Below are positions 39,647 to 49,420 of a DNA stretch of 64,000 nucleotides, piece after piece. Origin of the DNA: Candidatus Bathyarchaeota archaeon (lineage in GTDB: Archaea > Thermoproteota > Bathyarchaeia > Bathyarchaeales > Bathycorpusculaceae); NCBI GenBank assembly GCA_963827165.1, contig CAWGZR010000009.1, forward strand, positions 96,001 through 160,000, read 5' to 3'. The notes beneath the pieces are model-generated. The model saw only the letters and a list, made by a program, of their open reading frames with translations. It was not told the origin of the DNA and ran no database searches. A program made the position numbers and the translations under genes. Positions within the stretch are counted from its first letter, which is position 1. Every line of letters begins with the position of its first letter.

Positions 39647-42600
39647 TTATGCTTTCTCCTTAAGCCTAAGTTTAGGCGTTATACACAAGCTTTGAAGCTC
39701 CTGCAAGAGTAGCTTGAAAGCGTACGAGACGATGACTGGTGAAATCTTTGCTTTTTCGTCGCATATCCTGCATACGTAGCGTCTTTGTTTCATGTCGAAG
39801 TAAGCGATTTGCCCGCAGTTTTCACAGATGTATAGCGTATACTTGTCCGATTCCTCAAGAAGCCTGTCTCTGAGCAACATAGCAGCGCCGTGTCCGATTA
39901 AGCAGTCTCGCTCCATTTCGCCGAATCTTAAGCCTCCGCCTCTAGCTCGGCCTTCAGTTGGTTGCCTCGTCAGCATTTGGACTTGACCGCGTGCTCTGGC
40001 ATGGATTTTATCAGCTACCATGTGGTGCAGTTTTTGATAGTATACTACGCCTACGAAGACGTCTGCGACGAATTTTTCGCCTGTTGTGCCGCTGTAGAAG
40101 ACTTCGCCGCCTGTGTGGCTGAAACCCAATTTTATGAGGCTTTTACGTACCTCGTCGGGTCCTTCGTTGCTGAATGGGGTTCCGTCTGCTGGTCTGCCTC
40201 TTGCGGATGCTGCTTTTCCTGCGAGGGATTCGATAAATTGGCCGATGGTCATTCTTGAGGGGATTGCGTGTGGGTTGATGATGAGGTCGGGGACTAAGCC
40301 ACCGTCTGTGAATGGTAAATCTTCCTGTGGAACGATTAATCCGATGACTCCTTTTTGTCCGTGTCGTGAGGCGAATTTGTCTCCTAATTCGGGTACGCGT
40401 TGATCGCGAACTCTTACCTTCACGAGTTGGCTGCCTTCGCCGGACATTGTTATGAATATGCCGTCTACGATTCCTGTTTCTGAGGGACGCATGTCAACGG
40501 ATGTGTCACGCATAGATGGACCTTTAACTTCGAATTCTTTGTATTCTTCGAGGAATCTTGGTGGGCTGATTCGTCCAATCAATACGTCTCCGCCGACGAC
40601 TTGCGATTCAAGGCTGATTATGCCGTCGGGCTCCAGAAGCCTGTAGTATTGTTCGCCTCGGTAGCCTCGGGTTCCAGGTTCTGGAACTGTAAATTTGTCT
40701 TTTAAGCCTCCGAGGTATTGGCGGCATTCAGCTTCGTAAATGCGGTAGAATGTGGATCTTGCTAAGCCGCGTTCGATTGATGCCTTGTTGAATATCAATG
40801 CGTCTTCCATGTTGTAGCCTTCGAAGCTTAGCACGGCGACGATGCAGTTTTGTCCTGTTGGGCGCTGCTTGTAACCCATGACTTCCATTAGTTCAGTTTC
40901 AACCATTGGAACCTGTGGGTAATGCAGTATGTGCGAACGTGAGTCGACTCGGTGGTGGAAGTTAGTGCCGTAGACTCCGAGAGCTTGTTTTGCCATGGCC
41001 GCTTGGTACGAGTTGCGTGGTGACTGGTTGTGTTCTGGATACGGGATTGTGGAGGCGCATATTCCTAAGATAGTGTAGGTGGCTATTTCCACATGGGTGT
41101 TATCAGGTTGAATCTGGTCAAAGGTCAAGGAAATGTAAGCGTTTTCTTCTTCTTCAGCATCCAAATACTCAACCAAACCGTTCTTGACAAGGTCTTCCCA
41201 AGTCCACTCGCCTAATCCTATTTTCTCTATGTGTTTAGGTTGAAGTTTCGGAACTCCGTTTTCAACGATTATAAGTGGACGTCGAACTCTGCCTTCGTCG
41301 CAGTTAGCATGCAATTCTTCGTTTTCAGTCTGCATCTTCGTGAAGTAGGTTACGTTGGCTTCGGTTGAGATTTCGCCTGTTCGCCTTTTTTCGCGGAAGG
41401 ACTTTACTATCTCTCCGGCGTTGTTGCAGTAACCAATTATGTTTCCGTCAACGAAGACTTTGGCGCCTGAAATGCGTAGTTCGTTTGACGCTTCGCCCGC
41501 GGGCACGGTGCCCATTTCGAAAAGTAACTGTCTAACTCGGTCTGGGTTCACGCCGACGGCGATTGATGCTGAGAGAGCCAAGTTTTTGACGAGACCGCAG
41601 TTGGAGCCTTCTGGCGTTTCGTTGGGACATAAGCGTCCCCAGTGGGTTGGATGGAGGTCTCTGGCTTCGAAGTTTGGTTGACTTCTGCTAAGGGGTGATT
41701 GGAGCCTTCGAAGGTGGCTAAGAGTTGAAATGTAGTTTGTTCGGTCAAGCAGCTGTGTGATGCCGACTCTGCCTCTTCCCCAGTTGCCTGTTGCGAGGGC
41801 ATGTTGGAATCGCTCGGTGATTATTCCGGGACGAACGGCAGCTGAAACGGTTATGATTGGGCCTTTGACGCCTATGCGTTCAAGCTGGTACTTTATGTCT
41901 CTTGTTAAGTTTCTAAATGATACTCGGAAGAGATCTGCGAGAAGTGGTCCGCCCAATCGCAGACGTTTATTCTTAAAGTGGTCTTTATCGTCTGGTTGTC
42001 TCTTGCCCGTCTTTAACTGCAAAACGCGGTAAGCCATTTCTCCAAGGAAGATTGCTTTTTCTTGTCGGTTCTTATCGCTTCTTCCAAGGTGCGGCAGAAA
42101 GTTTTTGTCAAGAGCGGTTTCAGCTTTTTGCAGCCTGTATTCTTCTACTTGCCCGTGGGCTACGCGGTTGCCGATGAATAGAATCGCGTCTGCTGGTGTG
42201 TCAACGCCGATGGCTTTTTCAAATGATGCTGCTAATTGGCTTTGCATTTCGCTGTCAAGTGAAACTGCCTCTGCGATTTCCTTGTCTTTTTCGAGGCTTA
42301 GAGCGCGCATGATGACTACGAAGGGGATTTCGGTGGGTACTCCTGGCATGGTGACGTAGATTGCGTCGTCTGACTTGAGTTTAAGTTCGATTCTTGCTCT
42401 GAAGCCTACGGTGGTTGAGAAGATTTTTGCTTGATAAACAGGCGCTGTTCCTTTTTCGTCTATGTCAACTATTACGCGGTTGGGCGCAAGGTCTTCCATC
42501 GCGACGATGACGCGTTCGGAGCCGTTGACGACAAAGTATCCTCCTTGATCGTCTGGGTCTTCTCCTGCAGCGATGAGTTCTTCTCGTGAAAGCTGAGAGA

Positions 42601-43015
42601 GGAAGCAAAGTTTCGATTTAAGCATGACAGGGATGTTGCCGATGTAAACCAGTTCAGTATCCTGTTCTCTGCCGTCGATGACGGGAGTCATTTCCAACGC
42701 AATCGGAGCCGAATACGCTAAGTTGCGGAGGCGGGCTTCCATCGGGTAAATTTCATGTTTTGTGCCGTCTACTTCAGTGACGTATGGACCGGTGATTCTT
42801 GATTGGGGGTCGATTACCCAGATTTGTCCAAGTTTCACTTTATAGGGGCTTTCTGGCACTTCTATAGGGATTTCGGCGACTTCATCGGTGACTTCTTGTA
42901 AGCCATGGTCGATGAATTCGTTGTAGCTGTCAAGGTGCTGCCTGACAAGTCCTTTTTCTTTGAAAAATGTTTTTAGTAAATCATGGATGTCTTCTTTCTG
43001 GATAGTAGCGGTCAA
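39647..43015 (-). CDS. rpoB: RNA polymerase subunit B (unsplit)
   Basis: GYFVVNGSERV, ETPEGSNCGLVKNL, GDKFASRHGQKG, GLRFGEMERD. Confidence 0.98.
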   Translation of the reverse strand: MTATIQKEDIHDLLKTFFKEKGLVRQHLDSYNEFIDHGLQEVTDEVAEIPIEVPESPYKVKLGQIWVIDPQSRITGPYVTEVDGTKHEIYPMEARLRNLAYSAPIALEMTPVIDGREQDTELVYIGNIPVMLKSKLCFLSQLSREELIAAGEDPDDQGGYFVVNGSERVIVAMEDLAPNRVIVDIDEKGTAPVYQAKIFSTTVGFRARIELKLKSDDAIYVTMPGVPTEIPFVVIMRALSLEKDKEIAEAVSLDSEMQSQLAASFEKAIGVDTPADAILFIGNRVAHGQVEEYRLQKAETALDKNFLPHLGRSDKNRQEKAIFLGEMAYRVLQLKTGKRQPDDKDHFKNKRLRLGGPLLADLFRVSFRNLTRDIKYQLERIGVKGPIITVSAAVRPGIITERFQHALATGNWGRGRVGITQLLDRTNYISTLSHLRRLQSPLSRSQPNFEARDLHPTHWGRLCPNETPEGSNCGLVKNLALSASIAVGVNPDRVRQLLFEMGTVPAGEASNELRISGAKVFVDGNIIGYCNNAGEIVKSFREKRRTGEISTEANVTYFTKMQTENEELHANCDEGRVRRPLIIVENGVPKLQPKHIEKIGLGEWTWEDLVKNGLVEYLDAEEEENAYISLTFDQIQPDNTHVEIATYTILGICASTIPYPEHNQSPRNSYQAAMAKQALGVYGTNFHHRVDSRSHILHYPQVPMVETELMEVMGYKQRPTGQNCIVAVLSFEGYNMEDALIFNKASIERGLARSTFYRIYEAECRQYLGGLKDKFTVPEPGTRGYRGEQYYRLLEPDGIISLESQVVGGDVLIGRISPPRFLEEYKEFEVKGPSMRDTSVDMRPSETGIVDGIFITMSGEGSQLVKVRVRDQRVPELGDKFASRHGQKGVIGLIVPQEDLPFTDGGLVPDLIINPHAIPSRMTIGQFIESLAGKAASARGRPADGTPFSNEGPDEVRKSLIKLGFSHTGGEVFYSGTTGEKFVADVFVGVVYYQKLHHMVADKIHARARGQVQMLTRQPTEGRARGGGLRFGEMERDCLIGHGAAMLLRDRLLEESDKYTLYICENCGQIAYFDMKQRRYVCRICDEKAKISPVIVSYAFKLLLQELQSLCITPKLRLKEKA

Positions 43016-43198
43016 TTAATCATTTCTCCATTAATTTGAGCCCTATAGGATTTAGTTAGGTATGTATTGTTCAAACTTTCAACTCCAAAGATACGGGATT
43101 ATCCAACTTGAAAAAGGGTTCTCCTAACTTTTCTAAAGGCACAAAGACATGCTACGCAGCTAGCTAATAAACCTTGTCATACACATTGAAACTAAAAT

Positions 43199-43550
43199 AA
43201 AGGAGCGCTAAACTTTCATAGAGTCCCCGCATCAAAAAATGTTTGAAGGTTGCCGTTGCATGAAAAGAAATGGAAAAAGCGCCGGAATTAGATTGCAATT
43301 GGAAAAGTGGCTTTTTGCAGACGGAAAATTTTGTGGAAATGGGTTCTTCAGAAAAAATTGAGCCCCTTCTTTCTGTGAAGGAAAGTTGCGATTTCCTGCA
43401 AATTTTTTTGTTTGTGTTTTGGGTCGCTTTTTTGGTTTGGGGCTTGGATTGTTTGCAGGTTGAGTCTTTAATAGTCCATAATAGTCTACAATAGTCAGTA
43501 ATAGTCTTTAATAGTCGCCTATAGTCAATAAAAGTCAAAGGAGCGCTAAA
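43199..43550. repeat. 14-bp direct repeats flanking a non-coding segment
   Basis: AAAGGAGCGCTAAA at 43199-43212 and 43537-43550. Confidence 0.8.
43461..43540. repeat. Eight-unit tandem array with exact 10-bp period (core ATAGTC)
   Basis: tgAGTCttta atAGTCcata atAGTCtaca atAGTCagta atAGTCttta atAGTCgcct atAGTCaata aaAGTCaaag. Confidence 0.9.
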
Positions 43551-43553
43551 TAA

Positions 43554-43871
43554 CTAGTATCTGGCAATTTTGTAACGTCTTCTTCCCAACTGACGCTGCC
43601 TCTTTTCTTGTGCCTCAGTTAATGAAGAGTTGCCTGTCTTGACCTCAAAAACCGTTGGTTCGCCAATTTCGTTTCCAAAAAAGTCACGTTTCAGAACAAT
43701 AAAATCGCCCCCGTCACGAATTTTCCTGCAGTCATGCCCCTGCATGGTTTGGTCAAACGCAAATCGGTCCTTAGCGATTTCGCCTTTGGCGCATTTGCTT
43801 GGCATGCTAAACCGTTTTGAAACACGCCCAAACTTCGAAAGGTCAATATTTTTTGAGTCTTTTTTGCCCAA
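43554..43871 (-). CDS. Small PD-(D/E)xK nuclease-like protein
   Basis: G.E...GGDFIV...FEVKTG..LTEAQ motif. Confidence 0.65.
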   Translation of the reverse strand: MGKKDSKNIDLSKFGRVSKRFSMPSKCAKGEIAKDRFAFDQTMQGHDCRKIRDGGDFIVLKRDFFGNEIGEPTVFEVKTGNSSLTEAQEKRQRQLGRRRYKIARY

Positions 43872-43947
43872 GGGATGCAGCTCTTTGCTTTCTACTTAAC
43901 AGGGTATATTAAAAAGTTGCCGATGAGCTCCACACGTAGCATCGGAA

Positions 43948-44835
43948 TTATTTTCGTTCGATTATTTCTAGATCTGCGTTCTTTTCCTTGTTAAGGGTTT
44001 TTCGGGTTATTAACGAAAGAAGGTTCGAGTCCAGTTCATATCCTACACTGTTACGCCCGTTTTGCATGGCGCCTTTTGTAGTGGTGCCCGAACCCAAGAA
44101 AGGGTCGAGTACCGTGTCGCCTTTGATGCTAAACATCTTGATTAGCCGATCGGCGATTTCGTCAGGATATGCTGCTGTTCGTCTCTCGAGTTCGCTTGCG
44201 GTTTGCCGGGTGCCCTTTAGAGACCAGATTTGGCTGAACCATTCGTCGCGTTGAGGCTTCGTGAAAGCGCTGCCGTATCGTTGAGGATCTTTAGGCGGGA
44301 ACTTACGCAGGTTTCCCTTGCGGAAAAGCAGGATGAATTCGCAGTCAATCGTCACGTAAGCATTCGGCGGCAGAAAACCTGATCCTAAAAATGCGCCTTT
44401 GCCCTTGTATGTCGGTTTCGTTGTTGGCTTCTTCCAAAGGATGTAGGGCAACGTAGTGAAGCCGATTTTTTCGCAAATCTCCAATATTCGAGCGTGATTT
44501 GGGAAAAGCTTGAATTTTCCGTTGATTGTGCGAGTCGCGTCGCCGACGTTTATGCATGCTATGCCGCCGTCAACGAGAACTCGGTAGGTTTCTTGCCAAA
44601 CTGGCGCGAGATAGATGTGCATTGCGTCGTAAATTTGCGCGATCGCTTCATCTTCTCCGTCTTCTTCCAGTTTCCGCCATAGCGCTCCAATTCTGGGGTC
44701 CTCGTCGATGAAGATGCTGTCCCACATCTGAATCATGGGATAAGGCGGCGAAGTCACCATCAACTGGACGCTGCCGTCGACAAGTTCAGACATCCGTTGG
44801 CTGCTGCCAAAGATTATTTTGTGTTGAGTTAGCAT
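43948..44835 (-). CDS. Beta-class N4-C/N6-A DNA methyltransferase (resembles Zim/CTAG-type m4C MTases)
   Basis: TSPPYPMI...INVGDATR...PPNAYVT...DPFLGSGTT; start moved to ATG at 44833-35 after GGAG. Confidence 0.85.
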   Translation of the reverse strand: MLTQHKIIFGSSQRMSELVDGSVQLMVTSPPYPMIQMWDSIFIDEDPRIGALWRKLEEDGEDEAIAQIYDAMHIYLAPVWQETYRVLVDGGIACINVGDATRTINGKFKLFPNHARILEICEKIGFTTLPYILWKKPTTKPTYKGKGAFLGSGFLPPNAYVTIDCEFILLFRKGNLRKFPPKDPQRYGSAFTKPQRDEWFSQIWSLKGTRQTASELERRTAAYPDEIADRLIKMFSIKGDTVLDPFLGSGTTTKGAMQNGRNSVGYELDSNLLSLITRKTLNKEKNADLEIIERK

Positions 44836-44963
44836 GCTTGTTCTCCTATGTAACATTGAGCGAGCGCTTTTACTTTTGCGGTCTTGATGAGCAACAATTC
44901 GACTGAAAACAAAATATGGGAAACCCAAAATAATAGAGCATAGTTTAATCCTTAGGCGAAAAC

Positions 44964-46751
44964 ATGAGTGACGAGAAAAAGGAGATACCGTGGGATCTAA
45001 CAGAACTTTTCTCAAGTCCAAATGACCCGTCAATTGAAAAGGCTTTGGCGGAAGCAAGGACCTGGGCTAATGATTTTGAGAATGCATATCGAGGGAAAAT
45101 TGCCTCACTGAACCCAGCCCATCTGCTAAGCTGTCTACAGGACCTTGAGTCTTTCAACCTGAAAATGGAGGATATTTCACTTTTTGCAAGTCTTTCCTTC
45201 TCAGCTAACATGACCTTGCCCGAGGTACAGACGCTCTACGACCGGGTAAGCAAGTTTGAGGCAGAGTTGAGCAAGAAACTCGCTTTCTTTTCGCTGGATC
45301 TTGGTGCTCTGCTTAAAGCCAAACCCGAATTGACTGCTGAGCCATTGCTAACTAATTATCGGCACATGCTGGAACGTGTACAACGCCGTGTCCCCCATCA
45401 ACTAAGCGAGGTGGAAGAGCAGTTAATCATTGAGAAAGATCAATTTGGCGTGCAGGCTTGGGAGGAGTTGCAGAGCAAATGGCTGAATACCCGAATGTTT
45501 GATGTCGTCGTCAAAGGGGAAAAGAAGACGCTTAGTTACGGTGAAGCCAACGGATTGCTGTCGCATCCTGACAGGTCAACGCGGGAATCCGCGAACCGCT
45601 CCATATATGGTTTGCTTGGCAGAGACGGTGAAGTTTTTGCTTCAGCCTTACGAAGCATCTGCAACGACTGGGTCACAGTTTCAAAGCGCAGAAAATACGC
45701 GTCTCCTATGGAGTCAAGCGTCCTAAACAATGATACCGAAGAGGCGATAATTGACAATCTGCTAGAGGCGATTGAGAAAAAAGCCATCGTTTACCAACGT
45801 TACCTGAAGCTTAAAGCTAAGCTCATGAATCTGCCTGTCATTGGAAACCACGATATCGTTGCACCTCTGCCAGACATGCCAGAGCAAAAATTTACTTTTG
45901 AAGAAGCCAAAGAACTAGTCACGCGGGCATACAGCCGCTTCGACACGGAATATTCAGCTGCTGTTCAGGAAATGTTTGCTAAACGCCGAATCGACGTAAC
46001 TCCCCGGTTTGGGAAACGCAACGGTGCTTTCTGTGCAAGCTGGTTTAAGGGCAAATCCGCGTTTGTTCTTGACAATTTCAATGGAGCACTCACCGACGTT
46101 TATACGCTGGCGCATGAGCTAGGACACGCCACGCATGACTATTACATGTCACGAAGCCAAACCCTAATGAATACAAGCGTAGCCTCGACAGTAGCCGAGA
46201 CCGCTTCAATTTTCGGCGAGCTATTGCTAACCAATTTGCTCCTTGAGGAAGCAAAATCAGATGCGCAACGCAAAGCAGTTCTCTGTTTGGTTCTAGACGA
46301 AGCAGGCATGACGGCTTTTCAAGTGACCGCGCGAGTATGGTTCGAGCAAGCCCTATACAAATCAATTCAGAACAGCGAATACCTCGACTACCCGAAGATT
46401 TGCCGCCACTGGACAAAAGCGCGGGACCGCATATTTGGCGACGCCGTCACATGGTTCCCTGAAATGGAGGCAGAATGGACCATGAAGCCGCACTATTATA
46501 TGGCGAACTACCGCTTCTACAATTACCCCTACGTCTACGCGCAAATGTTCGTCTACTCGCTCTACGACCGGTATCTGGAGGAGGGGAAAGCGTTTGTTCC
46601 CAAGCTGGAGCGGGCGTTATCAGCGGGCAGCAGTGTGTCACCGCTGGAAATCGGCAAAATCGTCGGCCTCGATGTGGCAGACCCCAACTTCTGGAACGGA
46701 GGGTTAAAAGTTTTCGAGCGCTTCATTGTTGACTTGGAAAAAGTCATTTAA
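44964..46751 (+). CDS. pepF: Oligoendopeptidase F (M3B family)
   Basis: WDLTEL, GKRNGAFC, TLAHELGHATH, AETASIFGE, PHYY..FYNYPY. Confidence 0.93.
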   Translation: MSDEKKEIPWDLTELFSSPNDPSIEKALAEARTWANDFENAYRGKIASLNPAHLLSCLQDLESFNLKMEDISLFASLSFSANMTLPEVQTLYDRVSKFEAELSKKLAFFSLDLGALLKAKPELTAEPLLTNYRHMLERVQRRVPHQLSEVEEQLIIEKDQFGVQAWEELQSKWLNTRMFDVVVKGEKKTLSYGEANGLLSHPDRSTRESANRSIYGLLGRDGEVFASALRSICNDWVTVSKRRKYASPMESSVLNNDTEEAIIDNLLEAIEKKAIVYQRYLKLKAKLMNLPVIGNHDIVAPLPDMPEQKFTFEEAKELVTRAYSRFDTEYSAAVQEMFAKRRIDVTPRFGKRNGAFCASWFKGKSAFVLDNFNGALTDVYTLAHELGHATHDYYMSRSQTLMNTSVASTVAETASIFGELLLTNLLLEEAKSDAQRKAVLCLVLDEAGMTAFQVTARVWFEQALYKSIQNSEYLDYPKICRHWTKARDRIFGDAVTWFPEMEAEWTMKPHYYMANYRFYNYPYVYAQMFVYSLYDRYLEEGKAFVPKLERALSAGSSVSPLEIGKIVGLDVADPNFWNGGLKVFERFIVDLEKVI

Positions 46752-46868
46752 CACGTGTCAACGGATCTAGTACAAGAGAGAGCGGAGGGGGTCCCTCTCC
46801 CACTTAACATATTTACAGAGTGGGAAATGATTAATAAGACAGAACCCAGACATTTTTAGCTGGATTGG

Positions 46869-47015
46869 GCTGCGGTAACCAAGCCAGGTCAAAGGTGAAA
46901 GAATACGCATCAGTGTATTCCGCTAAGGACTCAAGATCTAACATTTGGCCGGCAAAGGCCTCGATGGGATATCCTTTCCCTCAGGGGTTCGCAGGTTCGA
47001 ATCCTGCCCGCAGCA
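46869..47015 (+). tRNA. tRNA-Leu(CAA) with two BHB introns (46900-46926 at 28/29; 46936-46970 at 37/38)
   Basis: Acceptor GCTGCGG/CCGCAGC-A; D-arm; spliced anticodon arm AAGGA-CTCAAGA-TCCTT; long variable arm TCCC-TCA-GGGG; T-arm GCAGG-TTCGAAT-CCTGC; both introns form bulge-helix-bulge. Confidence 0.93.
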
Positions 47016-47208
47016 CTTTAAACCCTATTCCGAGCTTATTTAGGTAAATAAGCTGAAATAAGCGTTTTAGATAATTATCAGAGCCCCTACACGCTCTAAA
47101 TCGACATATAAAGAAAACAGCATAAACAATGATCAAAGTAGCTTCCAGGTAAAAATTTCCAAAGATAAAATCGGGTTACGCCCAGCACGCTAACTTCCAA
47201 GTATTGAA

Positions 47209-47580
47209 CTAGATGAGTTTAATGTTGCTTTTGCCAACACCGGCAAGTTTTCGATCCCTTGTCAGCAATACCTCATCGTGCGCTAATGATATGCCTGCGA
47301 TAAGTAAATCGTTCTCATTAATCATTCTACCGGAATCCTTAAGCTCTGTAAAAAGAACCGCAGCTTTTTTCGCAGCGTCACTATCGAATGGATAGATATC
47401 TAATTCCGAGAGGAAATCTTCTGCCAGCTGTCTCTTCAGCTTTGTCTTATGTTTGAGCAATTCATACTCAGTTATGCTAGTTGTCTTTATTTCCTCCTTG
47501 TTGGCAATTTCTTGTACTAAAGAAACAAGCCTTTCGTCGCCAGCTATAAAATCGATGATAACGCTTGTATCAATTAACAT
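47209..47580 (-). CDS. vapC: VapC PIN-domain toxin
   Basis: LIDTSVIID..ITEYEL..NDLLIAG..LLTRD. Confidence 0.92.
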   Translation of the reverse strand: MLIDTSVIIDFIAGDERLVSLVQEIANKEEIKTTSITEYELLKHKTKLKRQLAEDFLSELDIYPFDSDAAKKAAVLFTELKDSGRMINENDLLIAGISLAHDEVLLTRDRKLAGVGKSNIKLI

Positions 47581-47582
47581 AA

Positions 47583-47834
47583 TTATTCCTCTTCGAATGA
47601 TCTACCGTAATTTGCTTCCCTTTCAGCAGCAATTTGCATTTTCAGTTGCTCAAGTTTTTCCTTTTCGTTTTTCATAACTCCAGCAAATTTCATTATGTCG
47701 GTTTTCTTTTTTGTTGAACAAAGGCTTTCTTTTATTACTTCGGAAAAGCTTTTTTTGCCTTTTCGCGCAGATAGAAGTTCGTAGACTTCGTTTGACACCG
47801 AAATTTGTCTTGCCACCTTAATCCCTACATACAT
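47583..47834 (-). CDS. vapB: VapB antitoxin
   Basis: ISVSNEVYELL..KKSFSEVI; directly upstream of vapC; start probably GTG near 47816. Confidence 0.85.
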   Translation of the reverse strand: MYVGIKVARQISVSNEVYELLSARKGKKSFSEVIKESLCSTKKKTDIMKFAGVMKNEKEKLEQLKMQIAAEREANYGRSFEEE

Positions 47835-48583
47835 AAGCTATACATACTTACTGATAAATCTAGTTAGATGAGAATTCTACCTGAACGGGTCAGTAAAAGT
47901 TGCGTGCTTCCTTAAGGTTACTCCGCTTCTTAATAGAAGCGCAACTAGGCCTATTTTCGCAATTTCTTGAGAGAGAACCCCAAATCCTCCACTAAGAAAT
48001 CATAGAAAACTCTTTAAGCATTCAGCGTCGCCCAATCACTTGCAATACGCATACTTATCGTCCGACCGACGGTTTAAACGACGGCGTGAAGCTACCCCGT
48101 AGCACTTTCAGCCTCACTTCAAGCCTATTTTGGCAGATAGATCACAAATCACGAGCATTTTAAAATGAAAATCAACCATAAACTGACCCAGAAGTTGAGA
48201 CGTATGCCTGTTTTGGGCTGAGTCCAATAGTGGTTTAATCCAATTTGCGTTCGCATCTCTTCATTGACACATGAAACTTGATCTGTTCAAACGATAGATA
48301 GACCCAATTCAATCGTAATTAGCTGTTGTTCAAGAAACTGTGAAGAAATTATTCAGGAAAATCTTTGCACTATTTGTTTGAGAACGAGATTATAGTTGAA
48401 GACCATCATTAACCTCTTGACCAATGTGACCAATTTCTGACTTAGGAATTCATCAAGTTTTCTCATCAGCATACTTCAAAATTGTTCATGACGGTATTTG
48501 AAAATATCTTTGGGAAATAAAAGCTAACAGCACAAGTACATTTTTTCGTTTCTTACGCGTGTGAAAACTTGCTATAATTTTTT

Positions 48584-49351
48584 CTATTTCATTTCCAGAA
48601 AAATTCGTTTGAGAATTGTTGCGCCATGCCTCATCTTGAGCTTCTTTTCGCCTATTCTTTCGCGATATCTAATTGGAACTTCGACCGTTCTATAACCTTG
48701 TTTTGTCACTTGGGAGTTAAGTTCAACCTCAATATCGAAGCCTAAGGATCTTATCTTCCAACTCTTAAAAATATCTGCTCTTACAACCCTCAAACCTGTC
48801 AAAGGATCTTCAAGATCTACCCCATTCAATATGTTATGCGCTAAAGCAAGCATTCTATTTCCCAAGTAAAATTGGGTATGCAATGCCTTTTCATCTTTCT
48901 TTCCGCCCAATCTGTTTCCACAAACCATGCCCACATCAGGATTTTGCTCGAGTATCTCAATCATTGAAGGGATATGCTCTGCAGGATATGTGTAGTCAGC
49001 ATCAGTTAAAACGATGTATTTTGCTTCCGTGTCCATTAGGCTTATTCCCTTAGCGATTGCATCTCCCTTGCCAATGCCAGTCTGAAAGGCTATTTGGGCA
49101 CCTGAGTCTTTTGCAATCTCTACAGTTCTATCTCGACTATTTCCATCGACTACAAGAATGCTTGAGTTGCCCATTACCTGTTTAAATTCTTTTAGTGTTA
49201 AGCCGACACCGTTTTCTTCGTTAAGCGCAGCAACTATTAGCTGAGTGGGAGAATAATTCATCAAATTGGCTTGCAATTGCTTTTTCCTTCTTGTAAAATC
49301 CTTATGTTTCTTTGAGAAAAGTCGGTGTGGCCCATTTCTATACCAAAACAC
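48584..49351 (-). CDS. GT2 glycosyltransferase (dolichol-phosphate mannose synthase-like)
   Basis: AALNEE, VVDGNSRDRT, GKGDAI, TDADYTYP, DPLTGLR, FDIEVEL. Confidence 0.9.
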   Translation of the reverse strand: MFWYRNGPHRLFSKKHKDFTRRKKQLQANLMNYSPTQLIVAALNEENGVGLTLKEFKQVMGNSSILVVDGNSRDRTVEIAKDSGAQIAFQTGIGKGDAIAKGISLMDTEAKYIVLTDADYTYPAEHIPSMIEILEQNPDVGMVCGNRLGGKKDEKALHTQFYLGNRMLALAHNILNGVDLEDPLTGLRVVRADIFKSWKIRSLGFDIEVELNSQVTKQGYRTVEVPIRYRERIGEKKLKMRHGATILKRIFLEMK

Positions 49352-49396
49352 GTCCCTTTCCTTAATGCTAAGTTGTAAGCAGAACTAATAAGCAAT

Positions 49397-49420
49397 TGTT
49401 ATTGTAATCGTACAATCACT
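49397..49420 (-). promoter_or_regulatory. TGT-N3-TGT-N6-ACA-N3-ACA element upstream of GT2
   Basis: TGTTATTGT-AATCGT-ACAATCACT (11/12); minus strand followed after 4 nt by CTTATT. Confidence 0.75.

Noticed and set aside
35809-43015. Inteins or splits in RNAP subunits
   Set aside because: Lengths are typical, and no intein splice motifs or LAGLIDADG blocks were noticed.
43164-43538. ORFs 43164..43538(-) and 43270..43494(+) as genes, or as rpoH
   Set aside because: The translations reflect the DNA repeat and T-tract, with no RpoH (HxLVPKH) motif.
43461-43540. CRISPR array
   Set aside because: Units are 10 bp with 4-6 bp variable parts, far too short for repeat-spacer structure, and there are no cas genes.
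44836-45057. N-terminal extension of the MTase in the ORF track
   Set aside because: It overlaps pepF on the opposite strand, and a better ATG with SD lies at 44835.
46865-47047. 60-aa ORF
   Set aside because: It overlaps the tRNA-Leu gene.
47840-48580. Integrase or transposase remnant at the island's left end
   Set aside because: I found no long ORF or tyrosine-recombinase/DDE motif by eye. A translated search would be needed to exclude a decayed remnant.
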